Both the position numbers and the translations under genes were made by a program. Shown here in pieces: positions 1-12,690 of a stretch of 64,000 nt of DNA. This stretch comes from Mobula hypostoma. Lineage: Eukaryota. Location of the stretch: positions 227,480,001-227,544,000 of the forward strand of contig NC_086097.1 in the NCBI RefSeq assembly GCF_963921235.1, read 5' to 3'. Under the pieces are notes generated by a model. That model was not told the origin of the DNA. It saw nothing but the letters and a program-made list of their open reading frames with translations, and ran no database searches. Numbering within the stretch: the first letter of the stretch is position 1; the number at the start of each line of letters is the position of its first letter.

Positions 1-464
1 AGGAATAATTTATTTTGGCTTAATGTAACAACAAAATGAACTATTATGGTAACACCAGATTAAAACTCACTTTGGTCCGATCTGGGGTTAGCCTGGTTTG
101 TTTTAATGTTATAATCTTGAAATTACATTTATACCATTAAATAGGCACATAACAATGGTAAAATTGCTTTCTGAATAATATTCTATTAATACTAGGAATG
201 ACAAAATTTAGAGGAAGTGTACTGGTAAAAGACAAATCATACTTGCTAAATGGGCAGAAGTCAATAGATTTCCTTTTCTAAAAAGGAATTGGGGTTTTAC
301 AAACCAAAATACCTTGACCACTTTCAGATGCCATCTACATAGTTCTATTTTTAAAAAATCAAACCCAAATTCCAATTCTGAAACTGTCAATTATTAGCCA
401 GAGCTTCTGAATTACCAGACTACTAACAAAGTCACAGCTATATCCTCCGTAGTATCCAAAACGT

Positions 465-821
465 CTTCAACGAGCAGTGCCTCAGGAAGCTGGTGTCCAT
501 CGTTAAAGACCCCGACCACCCAGGACATGTCTTCTTCTCATTGTTACTGTCAGGAAGGAGGTACAGAAGCCTAAAGGAACACACTCAACCATTCAGGAAT
601 AGCTTCTTCCACTCTGCTATCCAATCTCTAAATGGACCTTGAACCCATGAATACTACCTCACTACTTTTTTTTATTTTTTTCAGTTTCTGCACTATTTTA
701 CATACATATATATGCTTACTGTAATTCAGTTTTTAAAAAATATTTATCATGTGTTGCATTGTTCTGCTGCCACAAAGTTAACAAATTTCACGACATGCCG
801 ATGATATTAAACCTGATTCTC
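465..821 (+). mobile_element. Rex1/Babar-clade LINE, 3' fragment
   Basis: Encodes decayed SIVKDPDHPGHVFFSLLLSGRRYRSL motif shared with copies at 44005-45065 and 50455-50942; ends in aaacctgattct tail. Confidence 0.75.
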
Positions 822-1237
822 ATATCAATGCATCTGAATTGGATGATGCTAGAAAATTAATTTCACCATTAAACCTGATGCAGGCAGCACACAAAATTGT
901 GCTTGCTGCTTATGGGCATGGTTTATGTGTTAATAATTTCCTTAGTGTATTAATAGGAGATATAGTTTTGAGAGTGACTAACCTAAATTGAGGCTAGTCA
1001 GAGTAGATTGAAGCCAACCTACATGGCAACAAGACCAGTGATGGGATTTATTCTCAGGTTTCAGCAAATTGCTAGAGGTAATGGTAGAACTTGGGAGGGA
1101 AAATGGGACTTAGATTTTCAGGCATAATATTGAATGTCTTTGTAAACTCGAGAGAAAAAAAAGAGAGGCCTTCCACTTATTAGAGGGGGTTGGAAGGCTC
1201 CCCAGAAACAAACTAAAACTGCATTGTGAAGAGACAA

Positions 1238-1457
1238 ACAACAGGAATTCTGCAGATGCTGGAAATTCAAGCAACACACATCAAAGTTGCTGGTGAATGC
1301 AGCAGGCCAAGCAGCATCTCGAGGAAGAGGTACAGTCGACGTTTCAGGCCGAGACCCTTCATCAGTCCTGACGAAGGGTCTCGGCCTGAAACGTCGACTT
1401 TACCTCTTCCTCGAGATGCTGCCTGGCCTGCTGCGTTCACCAGCAACTTTGATGTGG
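1238..1457. mobile_element. Penelope-like pLTR fold-back mini-element (non-autonomous)
   Basis: ~90 bp inverted arms centred near 1365 plus an unpaired ~35 bp tail on the left; 15-bp TSD attgtgaagagacaa at 1223-1237 and 1458-1472. Confidence 0.85.
1364..1399 (+). ncRNA. Minimal type I hammerhead ribozyme motif
   Basis: AGTC-CTGACGA-AGGgtctcggCCT-GAAACGTC-GACT: stem I AGUC/GACU, intact core, palindromic ACGU stem III. Confidence 0.75.
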
Positions 1458-2723
1458 ATTGTGAAGAGACAATAGTTAACAATAAAGTTTGGAATGCAGC
1501 ACTAATGACCACAAATTGTTAATCACCTCCAATTACGAAGGTTAATGTATGCCCCTTTGAACATCACATCATGCCACTTGCAACACCAGCCTCATTACTC
1601 AATGTGCCAATTATCATTTTTAAGGACAGGACTTAACTCACGTTTTGCACACCACACCTTCACATAGCCGCCCACCTACAACCAAATCAAGCCTCACAGC
1701 CTCATCCCATGTACGGCTAGTCATGTTGCATCACCCGCACGTATTAATGGTGCTCACCATCATGCTTCTCTGTTCTGTGCAGGAGAGATCCCTGTCATAT
1801 AGTTATGTCAATGTAATATAATCTGGTGACTGTAAAGGCATCATCATACCTGTGTGTATATCAATGATGTAAGCATAGTTTCTTGGGGATTTCTGTAATT
1901 AGAGTTAGAATAACACCCTTGTTTGAAGCCCCTGTGTAGTGTAATTGTTCATGTAAGTAGAAATTAACCAGTCTCCAGTGGTTTTCCATGCTACCACTGG
2001 ACTTTACGCGAGGATATATTACAACCGTTGATGCAATTGGTGACAATGATTAGAAAAAGCTTTTAAAAAATCATTTCACAGCATTGACCTTATCCTTGGC
2101 CCCTGAAAGCTCCACAGTTCCAAGCAAAATGACAAAAGAATACCCTAAAGGTAGAATCTTCTCAGTGCAGGCTCAGTAAACGTGTCCTGTGCCGGATCCG
2201 AGGATCAGGTCAAGGGGCAGATAACGAGAGCTCCACACATATTTTCACATGTTCCCGAGGCTCCACCTATCAGTTTGTAAAGGAAAATTAATGCAACGTA
2301 GAGAGGGTAAATGTGTAAATAGTGAAACAGGCTGAAAGTAAATGTGCAAACAGAGGCTGAAAGAAAACTAGAGTAGCATAGCACAGTTTTGGTAAAAAAA
2401 AGAGTCAGAAAATAGCAAGTCTGCAGATGCTGGAAATCCAAAGCAACACACACAACTCAGCAGGTCATGCAGTATCTATGGAAATTGTAGTAATTCCTAC
2501 TCTGAAAAAGGCACACTTAACAATTTCATGCCCAAGAAACAACTATCTCAAACTTCAAAACCGTTACGTATATACAGAGGCTTTCACAACCCGTACAGCA
2601 TGGCAGGGACACTATACTGTATACAAAGCACACCAGAAGTAAAAAGAAACGGAAGTGAAACCCCCATTTCCTAACTAGTATTAACTTACTTTTAATAATG
2701 CTCACATTACAACAATGAATACA

Positions 2724-3101
2724 TGGTTGACGTTTGGGACAAGACCCTTCTTTGGAGGAGGAAGGAGGGGGAAAGATGCCAGAACAAAAAGGGGAAGTGA
2801 AAGTGGCTAGGTGATAGGTGAAGATACGTGGCTGTGATAGGTGATAGGTGAAGATACGTGGCTGTGGTAGCCAGTCTGGGTGGGTACATGGTCGAAGAGT
2901 CAGAGAGCAGCAGAGATCACAGAGGGTTGCACTGAACTCCTGCCGAAGAGGAGATTTAAACTTCTTCAGGGTAGGCATCACTTGGAAAGACCGTGTAGTA
3001 GAGCAGCAAATCATAAACACGAGAATGTCTGCGGATGCTAGAAATCCAGAGTAACACACACAAAATGCTGGAGAAACTCATCAGGCCAGGCAGCATCTAT
3101 G
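2724..3101 (-). mobile_element. Penelope-like element pieces: pLTR, tail and probable ORF start
   Basis: Minus strand has pLTR 3' half plus tail (3015-3101) running into MPTLKKFKSPLRQEFSATL, then a pyrimidine-rich pLTR piece with decayed hammerhead (~2724-2850); another pLTR fragment at ~2408-2485. Confidence 0.6.
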
Positions 3102-3134
3102 GCAAGCAAGTTTCACAGGCAACTTGAGAGTAAA

Positions 3135-3687
3135 ACAAGGCATGTGAATCGAGCCATAGGGTCATGCAGCACTGACTCAGGCCCTTGGGTCCAACTTATC
3201 TATGCTGACAAACACAAGGAAATCTGCCAGTGCTGGGAATCCAAGCAACACACACAAAATGCTGGAGGAACTCAGCAGGTCAGGCAGCATCTGTGGAAAA
3301 GAATAAATGTTTCAGGCTAAGACCCTTCATCAGGACTCATGGGATGAAACGTCAACTGTTAACACTTTTCCATAGATGCCACCTGGCCTGCTGAGTACCT
3401 GGAACATCTTGTGTGCGTTTCTCATCTATGCTGACCAAGTTGTCTACCTGAGTTATCCTGTGTTTGGCACGTATCCCCCTAAATCTTTCCTATACATGTA
3501 CTATTCTAAATGTCTTTTAAATGTTGTGATTGCATCTGCCTGTTCCACTTCCTTTAGTAGCTTGTTTCACCTACCCACCACCCTCTGTGTGAAAAAATTT
3601 CCCCGTTTATGCATTTTAAATCTCTGCCCTCTAGTTGTAGACTCCCTTACCCTGGGAAAACAGACGGTGACCATCCACCTTATCTAT
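3135..3687 (-). mobile_element. Old CR1 3' fragment, interrupted by later insertions
   Basis: CR1 3'UTR and ORF2 C-terminal similarity (FFTQRVVG.WN.L); continues at ~6425 after the younger CR1. Confidence 0.6.
3210..3423. mobile_element. Penelope-like pLTR fold-back mini-element (older copy)
   Basis: Inverted arms with decayed hammerhead cores; 12-bp TSD atctatgctgac at 3198-3209 and 3424-3435. Confidence 0.75.
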
Positions 3688-6420
3688 AGAACGTAGAACA
3701 TAGAATAGTACAGCACAGTACAGGCCCTTCGGCCCACATTGTTGTGCTGACCCCTCAAACTCTGCCTCCCATATAACCCACCCCCACCTTAAATTCCTCT
3801 GTATACCTGTCTAGTAGTCTCTTAAACTTCACTAGTGTATCTGCCTCCACCGCTGACTCAGGCAGTGCATTCCACACACCAACCACTCTCTGAGTAAAAA
3901 ACCTTCCTCTAATATGCCCCTTGAATTTCCCACCCCTTACCTTAAAGTCATGTCCTCTTGTATTGAGCAGTGGTGCCCTGGGGAAGAGGTGCTGACTATC
4001 CACTCTATCTATCCCTCTTATTATCTTATACACCTCTATCATGTCTCTTCTCATCCTCCTTCTCTCCAAAGAGTAAAGCCCTAGCTCCCTTAATCTCTGA
4101 TCATAATGCATACTCTCTAAACCAGGCAGCATCCTGGTAAATCTCCTCTGTACTTTTTCCAATGCTTCTACATCCTTCCTATAGTGAGGTGACCAGAACT
4201 GGATACAGTACTCCAAGTGTGGCCTAACCAGAGTTTTACAGAGCTGCATCATTACATCACGACTCTTAAACTCTATCCCTCGACGTATGAAAGCTAACAC
4301 CCCATAAGCTTTCTTAACTACCCTATCCACCTGTGAGGCAACTTTCAGGGATCTGTGGACATGTACCCCCCAGATCCCTCTGCTCCTCCACACTACCAAG
4401 TATCCTGCCATTTACTTTGTACTCTGCCTTGGAGTTTGTCCTTCCAAAGTGTACCACCTCACACTTCTCCAGGTTGAACTCCATCTGCCACTTCTCAGCC
4501 GTCTTCTGCATCCTATCAATGTCTCTCTGCAATCTTCGACAATCCTCTACACTATCTACAACACCACCAACCTTTGTGTCGTCTGCAAACTTGCCAACCC
4601 AGCCCTCCACCCCCACATCCAGGTCATTAATAAAAATCACGAAGAGCAGCGATCCCAGAACAGATCCTTGTGGGACACCACTAGTCACAATCCTCCAGTC
4701 CGAATGTACTCCCTCCGCCATGACCCTCTGCCTTCTGCAGGCAAACCAATTCTGAATCCACCTGGCCAAACTTCCCTGGATCCCATGCCTTCTGACTTTC
4801 TGAATAACCCTACCGTCTCGAACCTTGTCAAATGCCTTACTAAAATCCATATAGATCACATCCACTGCACTTCCCTCATCTATATGCCTGGTCACCTCCT
4901 CAAAGAACTCTATCAGGGTTGTTAGACACGATCTGCCCTTCACAAAGCCATGCTGACTGTCCCTGATCAGACCATGATTCTCTAAATGATCATAGATCCT
5001 ATCCCTAACAATCTTTTCCAACAGCTTTTCCACCACAGACGTAAGGCTCACTGGTCTATAATTACCCGGACTATCCCTACTACCTTTTTTGAACAAGTGG
5101 ACAACATTCGCCTCCCTCCAATCCTCCGGTACCATTCCCATGGACAACGAGGACATGAAGATCCTAGCCAGAGGCTCAACAATCTCCTCCCTCGCCTTGT
5201 GGAGCAGCCTGGGGAATATTCCGTCAGGCCCCGGGGACTTATCCGTCCTAATGTATTTTAACAACTCCAACACCTCCTCTCCCTTAATATCAACATGCTC
5301 CAGAACATCAACCTCACTCATATTGTCGCCACCATCATCAAGTTCCCTCTCATTGGTGAATACTGAAGAGAAGTATTCATTGAGGACCTCGCTCACTTCC
5401 ACAGCCTCCAGGCACATCTTCCCACCTTTATCTCTAATCGGTCCTACCTTCACTCTGTCATCCTTTTTTTCTTCACGTAATTGAAGAATGCCTTGGGGTT
5501 TTCCTTTACCCTACTCGCCAAGGCTTTCTCATGCCCCCTTCTTGCTCTTCTCAGCCCCTTCTTAAGCTCCTTTCTTGCTTCCCTATATTCCTCAATAGAC
5601 CCATCTGATCCTTGCTTCCTAAACCTCATGTACGCTGCCTTTTTCCACCTTACTAGATTCTCCACCTCACTTGTCACCCATGGTTCCTTCACCCTACCAT
5701 TCTTTATCTTCCTCACCGGGACAAATTTATCTCTAATATCCTGCAAGAGATCTCTAAACATTGACCACATGTCCATAGTACATTTCCCTGCAAAAACTTC
5801 ATCCCAATTCACACCCGCAAGTTCTAGCCTTAGAGCCTCATAATTTACCCTTCCCCAATTAAAAATTTTCCTGTCCTGTCTGATTCTATCTTTTCCATGA
5901 TAATGCTAAAGGCCAGGGAGTGGTGGTCACTGTCCCCCTGTTGCTCACCCACTGAGAGATCTATGACCTGACCTGGTTCATTACCTAGTACTAGATCTAG
6001 TCTGGCATTCCCCCTAGTCGGCCTGTCCACACACAGTAACAGGAATCCATCCTGGACACACTTATCAAACTCTGCCCCATCTAAACCCTTGGAACTAATC
6101 AGGTGCCAATCAATATTAGGGAAGTTAAAGTCACCCATGATAACAACCCTGTTATTTTTGCACCTTTCCAAAATCTGCCTCCCAATCTGCTCCTCTGTAT
6201 CTCTGCTGCTACCAGGGGGCCTATAGAATACTCCCAATAGAGTAACTGCTCCCTTCCTTTTCCTGACTTCCACCCATACTGACTGAAAAGAGGATCCTGC
6301 TACATTACCCACCCTTTCTGTAGCTGTAATAGTATCCCCGACCAGTAATGCCACCCCTCCCCCCCTCCCCCCCCATCCCTTTTAAGGCACTGAAATCCAG
6401 GAATATTGAGAATCCATTGC
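3688..6420 (-). mobile_element. CR1 LINE, 5'-truncated, most of ORF2
   Basis: APE endonuclease motifs (YRPP, MGDFNFPNIDW, SDH), RT (DFSKAFD, GVPQGSVLG, FADD), 3'UTR and ttctatg-type tail; tatctat TSD at 3681-3687 and 6425-6431. Confidence 0.95.
3755..6354 (-). pseudogene. CR1 ORF2 (endonuclease-reverse transcriptase), frameshifted
   Basis: Consecutive ORFs 5845-6354, 5450-5812, 4323-5453 and 3755-4411 are colinear pieces of one ORF2. Confidence 0.92.
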
Positions 6421-6597
6421 TCAATATCTATGTCCTCAATAAAGTCAATATAAATACAATATAATAAATACCTCAGTATGTAAGTAGATGGTGTTTGTGT
6501 AGCGTGGCTTCGTAACTCCTATCCAGTCCTCCAAGAGGGAACAACCGGAGATTTGAGCCAGGAAGCAACACACAAATAATATCAGTTCCACTCTGTT

Positions 6598-7510
6598 TTA
6601 TAGAACAGCACAAACAACAGGCTCTCCAGCCCATGATGACTGTGCTAACCATAAAGCCAATTTAAGCTAATCGGATCTGCCTGCACATGGTCCATATTCC
6701 TGTTCTCTGCCTGTTCACGTACTCTCTAAATGCCTTTCAAATGTTGCGATGGAATCTGCTCCCACCTCCTTACCTGGCAGTGCTCCAGGCACTTTCCACA
6801 GGCTGTGCAAAAAACAGCCTCATAAATCCTGCCCCTCCCATACACACACCTCACACCTTTTATCTACACCTACTAGTTGCTGACATTTCCACCTTAGAAA
6901 AAGGACTCTATTTACCCTGTCTATGCCTCTCATAAATGCGTGTACTTCTATTAGATCACTCATCAGCCTCCGAGAAAAAAATTAAAGTCTGTCCAGCCAA
7001 TCCATATCACCAGTATTAACTAATCCAGGCAATGTCCCGGTGAACCTCTTTTGCATCCTCTCGAAAGCCTGCACATTCTTCCAGTAACGTGGTGGGGAGT
7101 ACAATACACAATACTGCAAATGTTGCCAAACCTATGTTTTAAAAAGCTTGCCAACTTTTTACATTTAATCCTTTGAATATAAAGCCCCCACCTATGAAGG
7201 CAAGTTGCAAGTATGCTGTTTGCCATCTTCACCACGCAATCCTCTTGTGTTGCCACTTTCACAGAGCTATGGGCATGAACCCCAAGATCCCCGTGTAAGT
7301 GGTCCTGTCATTTATTCATGCTCTTCCATTTGACCTACCAAAGTGCAACACCTCACATTTGTCTGGATTAAACTCCATCTGTAGTTCCAACTGATCTATA
7401 TCATGCTGTGTTGTTTGACAGCTTCCCTTACTATCCACAATTCTGCCAATTTTAGTGTTTTCTGCAAGCTTAATAATCAGCCCAATTACATTTTTGTCTG
7501 AATTATTTAT
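6598..7510 (-). mobile_element. Decayed CR1 3' portion
   Basis: 3'UTR-like start atagaacagcacaaacaacaggc; ORF2 remnants (KVATQEDCVVK). Confidence 0.7.
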
Positions 7511-7511
7511 A

Positions 7512-7835
7512 CGGGTGATGTCAAAGACAAGTTCTTTACACAGAGAGTGGTGGGTGTGTAGAACATCTTGCTGAGGGTGTTGATAGAGGCAGATACATTA
7601 GGGGCACTTAAACTCTTAGATAGGAACACAGATGATAGAAAACAATTAAGCCTATGTAGGAGAGAAGGATTAGACCAGGAGACCATAGACCCCTTGCTTA
7701 ATGGTAGTGGTCCATAACATAAAAAAGGTTGGGAACTCCTGGATTAGATTGAATTTAGTGTAGGTTAAAATGTCGGCACAACCTCTTAACTGAAGGGACT
7801 GTACCGTGCTCTAATGTTCTATGTTCGATGTTCTA
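7512..7835 (+). mobile_element. CR1 3' end fragment
   Basis: FFTQRVVGV remnant, 3'UTR and atgttct tail. Confidence 0.7.
7675..7740. mobile_element. Short hAT-like MITE (left end partly deleted)
   Basis: caggag...ggttgggaactcctg termini; 8-bp TSD ggattaga at 7667-7674 and 7741-7748; related copy at 17783-17858. Confidence 0.65.
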
Positions 7836-7839
7836 AATA

Positions 7840-9120
7840 TAACAAGCAACAGGGGTCCATACCTACTGAATGCCACTGGTGCCAAACTTACAGCCTGAAT
7901 AAAATCTCTCCACAGTGGCACTCTTTTATGTCCAAGCTAGTACTGATTAATAATTCTCCCGCTATCCCATATGCCTTAATCTTCCAGATCAGCATACTAT
8001 GAACATTGGTTATTCTCCAGTCCTCTGAAATTCTCTCCTGACTTTCTCAACAACCTGGGATAGATCCCATCAGGGCTGATGACTTATCCAACTTAATGTT
8101 CTTCAAGAAACCCAAATAGTTCCTCCTTCTCGACATCAACATACCTGAGAGAATCAGGTTAGCCCTTTACGATCTCACTATCCTCCTCCATAGTGAATAC
8201 CGATGTGAGATACTCTATTAGTATCTCAAACACTTCCTCTGGCTCCAGGCCTTCTTTGATCTTGAGTGCTCCTACACTCCTCCTAGCTATGCTTTTTGCT
8301 TTTTAATGCATGGTAGCATAGTGGTTAGCATAACGCTTTACAGTACTTGCGACCCTGGTCAATTCCCACCACCATCTGTAAGGAGTTCGTACGTTCTCCC
8401 TGTGACTGTGTGGGTTTCCTCCAGGTGTTCCGGTTGCCTTCCACAGTCTGAATACGTACTGGTTGGTAGGTTAATTGTAACCCAAAAGGCTAAGGTTAAA
8501 TCAGGGCTTGCTGTGTGGCACAACTCAAAGGGCCGGAAGGACGTGTTCTGCACTATATCTCAATAAATTAAAAAATAGATAAATTACTCTCGATTCTCTT
8601 TAATCCTACTCAACAAGGATATTTCTTGGCCCCTTTTAGCCCTACTGATACCCTATTTAAAAAAAAATCTACAACATTCAAGGTTCTTGAACCTGGCTAT
8701 CCTCATTTTTCCTCTTCATAGAAACAAGTTGGTCCTGAATTTGGACAAGTTGGCCTTTAAATAACATGCACTTGTTAGGTGTGGGCTTATCCATTAACAA
8801 CTGCTCCCAATCTAATTTCCTCAGCTCCTGCCTAACACTGTTGTAATTATCCTTCCCCAAATTTAGCACTTTCTTCCCAAATTCCTGTCTTATCTTTATC
8901 CATATGGGATCTGAATAATTACAGAGTTATTATCATTGTTCCAAGATGCTTTCAACTGAAACTCTAACTAGTTGGACAGGTCTATAGATCTAATATTGGC
9001 CAAGATCTAATATGGGCCCTCCCCTGGCTTGAATATTTACATACTGTTTCAACAACTTTCCTGGGTTCAACAAAGTCTGTTCCACCTAATCTCTGGCACT
9101 AAGGAAACCCTGTCTGTGAA
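7840..9120 (-). mobile_element. Heavily decayed CR1 ORF2 remnants, interrupted by a SINE
   Basis: ORF 8678-8869 (LNLGKDNYNSVRQELRKLDWEQLL) matches the CR1 post-endonuclease region seen at 5450-5880. Confidence 0.6.
8308..8570 (+). mobile_element. tRNA-derived SINE (V-SINE/HE1-like)
   Basis: A-box tagcatagtgg, degenerate B-box ggtcaattccc, V-domain-like tgggtttcctccaggtgttccggtt. Confidence 0.8.
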
Positions 9121-9399
9121 CTAATGGTTTATGGAGAGCAGAGACCAGATCTAAACCTGCTAGAGAGGTTCTGACATCAGCAACAGGCTCAAGACCACCC
9201 AGACAGCTTTTGAGGAATTCAGCAGTGAAGGTCCATAGAAAATTATTTCTATGCAAGCTTCTTCTTTGAGTTAACATCACTAACAGTGACCCACTCATAC
9301 CATGTGATTAGATTACCTTTCTTGCCTTTCCAACGTCTTTCAGGACTCTCAGATAATTTCCAACTGTTCTCCAACTCCAACCCACACAATGTTCTACCA

Positions 9400-9790
9400 G
9401 CTCCTACCTCATCAATTGTCTTCCTACCTCAGCCAACAATACATCCAACCTTTCTTACACTGTGATCTTGTCCCCGCTCACTCATGGAACTCTTTAGTCC
9501 TTCCTAACCTCCTCCCTGTTTTCCCAACTATCTCACACCTCACCTCCTCCACTGATATCCTACCAAGCCCCACTAATCTTCTTGCTACAATGCCAGACTT
9601 TTCACCTGGTGCTGAAAACCGCGCTCCCATGTTCTCACTTCCTATTCATCTCCCCACCACTCTGGAATGAATACCCTACTCTCATCACTCTGTACTCTCT
9701 CATCTTTTATACCATTGCCCCAATCTTTTCCCCATCCTCTTCATCCCTCCTACATGGCTTTTCTATGCCCTCAGCCATTTGAACAAATGT
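9400..9790 (+). mobile_element. Possible very old Penelope RT remnant
   Basis: Pyrimidine-rich; tccactgatatcctaccaagccccact resembles a frameshifted STDI.YKPT motif. Confidence 0.3.
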
Positions 9791-10029
9791 CCCCCCCTCC
9801 CACTAAGGAGGGAGATAATGGAGGCATGTGGTTCTAAGCTAATATGCCTGCCTAGCCTAGGACTGTTCGTTCTAGCATATATAATACTATGAGCATAATG
9901 TGTATTAGACTATCAAGCCCAGGGGTCCTAGTTGGAAACCGATGAAAGTCCTCATTACAGTGCTCCTTCAATATGTGTTTCCATGCATTGAAGAATTCTA
10001 GCTTTATAGAATTATTAACTGAAGAGGAT

Positions 10030-10720
10030 CAATAAAGTAATTTACATGGATTTTCAAAATTTATTTGACATAGTGCCACATCATTATGGCAAATATTAAT
10101 GAACCTTGGTTGATGAAGTTATATTTGTAAAGTGTGGTTTCCTGGCCAGAAGGATTTTGTGAAAGTACCCTGCAAGGTCATGATACATAAGTGATTAAAA
10201 ATTGAAGGAATGCTTAAAAAACCTGGTGATGATAGCACTTTGAGAAGTTATGACAAGTTGGACAAGTTGTAGTGAAGATTGCGAATCACTTGAAGGAGGA
10301 CTTAGATAAACAAGTTGCAAATGCATGATCATTCACTTTAGAAAAATTGCAATGGTACGTTTGAATATTAAGGAAACTTGATATATAATGCCTTAAACAG
10401 AGTTGAAGCTCCTTTGAAGATATATATTTAAAAATGTAATAAATATCAAAACATTATTACAGTATGTCTGGAGGCATATTAATCTCTTCAAGAATTCATT
10501 TATCTCATTTCTCTGAGCATTGTGTTTGAGTTTTCATGTTCCTATTAGCAAAAGGACAAAAAAAGTGGAAAGGAAATATGTAACACGGTCGCATTTTGCC
10601 ATACTTAGAAAAGATAAGAAGCTGACAGTTCATTTTACCTGAGCAGAAAAGTTCAATAGGTAACTTAGTTCAAAATAATGAAGAGTATTAAGTGTTTAAA
10701 CAGAAATAAATTGTTTCACT
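10030..10720 (+). mobile_element. Very decayed CR1 RT remnant
   Basis: gtaatttacatggattttcaa...tttgacatagtgccacat = VIYMDFQ..FD.VPH. Confidence 0.55.
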
Positions 10721-11874
10721 TTGATAAATGGGGAAGAAATAATAGTGTAGAACAATTACTAAGAAAAATAAATGGGGAAGCTGGAAAAACAATTTTGCAC
10801 AGAGGGAGGTGAGAATATAGAATTCTCAGCCACGAGCTCTTTCAGATCTGAATTCAGAACATTCATCTTCAGCAGCAATGTAAAATGATCATTACAGCTC
10901 ACTCCAGTATAGTGGAACAATGGGGGTCCTACAGTCGGAGTAAACATTCAGTATATATGCGCATATATTGAAGAATATGTGGATTGACATTTCAAAATGC
11001 ATTGCACGTATACAGTTACCTTGGTAACAAGCTGTCAGCTGGAACAATACAACTGGGGGAGGGGTAGTTTTATAAAAAGGTAGCAACTTACAGATTGTGA
11101 GAATTCATACCAATTCTTAAAATACTAGCTCTCTAAAGTTCCCACTTCTAAATGTATGAGTTGGATAACAACAGCTGGAGATATTTGAGTCAGTGTATAA
11201 TGTGTAATGTGATCTCTTTGACTCCCTCCTATGTACTGTGGATCTGTTGACTGATGTCTCAGTTCCTTGTGCAGAATTTGTGTTCACAATATTTTTTTAA
11301 TGGAAATAAGTACTTCTAACTGACATCACAAAACTGTTGTCACCTTGAGAGCAACTTTTCATATGACACCTAATTTTACAGTTTAGGATTTTTAGTATAA
11401 TCTTTTTATGCTATCTGGCAACCATTCTGTCAGTAGAAATTTATTCTCAATAGATCTGGAATATGCATATGTTTTGTCTGCTCACAACTTTATGTACAAT
11501 TATGTAGGGTGAAGCAGTCAGTGGCAAGGCTGCCGTTTATTTCCACACCTAATTACCCTTCAGAAGACACTGGTGTGGCTCCTCTCGGACCGTTGTCTCT
11601 ATACTGGTGAAGGTATTCTCCCAATACTGTTGGTAGGGAATTCCATGATTATGGCAAATGCTGCTTTGTTTCCAAATCAAGATGGTGCACACCTTGGAGC
11701 GATACCTGGAGGTGGCAGTGTTCCCATGTGCCTGTTGTTCTTGCCCTTCCTGATGGGAGCGGTTTGAGAGGCACCGTCACAGTGTCCTGAGTAAGTACTT
11801 GATACACATTGCAGACAATAAGGGATGAGTGAGGGAATTCTCTTCAATGCGAATTCAGTGAGACCCTCAATCAT

Positions 11875-12115
11875 TGCTCCTCTTCTGTGATCTCTACTGC
11901 TCTCTGATTCTTCCTCTGCTACCTATCACCTTCCAGCCTGTACTCCCTCCCCACAACCCCACCCCCCCCCACCACCACCCCACCTTCCTATTCTGGCTCC
12001 TTCCCCCTTCTTTTCCAGTACTAATGAACAGTCTTGGCTCAAAAAACTGGCTCTTCATTCCTCTCCACAGATATTGCCTAGCCTACTGAGTTCCTTCAGC
12101 ATTTGTGTGTGTAGC
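11875..12115 (+). mobile_element. Penelope pLTR fragment with decayed hammerhead
   Basis: Colinear with 28500-28818; core degenerate (cagtactaatgaacagtcttggctcaaaa). Confidence 0.65.
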
Positions 12116-12379
12116 CCAATCTTCAAGAGTCTGACTGGCTGGAAGCAACTTTAATGAATTTCAGTCTAGAGACTGAATTAGCTTCCAATTATTAATTTCC
12201 AGATTTGTTAATTACCTGAACTTAAATTGATACACTTCCCATGATAGGATTCGAACTCAAGTCTCTGGATTGTTAGTTCAGGCCCCTGATGCATTTATTG
12301 AAACTATATTGATCCCAGATCAGCAATACTCTGATATTAAATCTTCAATTGTTGCAACTTACTTTTCTTGATTTCTGTA

Positions 12380-12690
12380 TTAGCTCTGTAACTCTCCATG
12401 GATCTTGTGTTTGGCTACCACTGCAGTCAGTGCTTTAAGCTGCTTTAGGCACTATGCTTTGAAATTATCTCCAATGCCAGTTTGCCTCTGTACCTTCCCC
12501 TTCTCGTTTAATGTACTCCATAAAACCTACCTCAATATCAAAGCTTTCTTGACCTGTCTAATATTCCTGTCCATGGTATGGTGTGTTTGTTTGATAGTAC
12601 TCTGGGGAAACCCCTGGCATAGAATGATTGAAGTGCTATTTGAATGCAGATTTTTATTGTTGTTCTTCTGTGTACTAACCACGTGTTATG
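12380..12690 (+). mobile_element. L2-like LINE/SINE 3' tail remnant
   Basis: gctttaagctgc...taaaacctacctc...caaagctttc resembles an L2 3' end (AFS...LKTYLF.KAF). Confidence 0.5.

Noticed and set aside
1238..1457. Interpretation as DNA-transposon MITE or tRNA SINE
   Set aside because: Asymmetric tail, variable 12-15 bp TSDs, no A/B boxes, and homology to sequence downstream of the GIY-YIG ORF favour a Penelope origin
1226..1522. Overlapping ORFs on both strands at fold-back elements (also 59753-60088, 62806-63169)
   Set aside because: Mirror-image peptides arise from the palindrome; no coding signature
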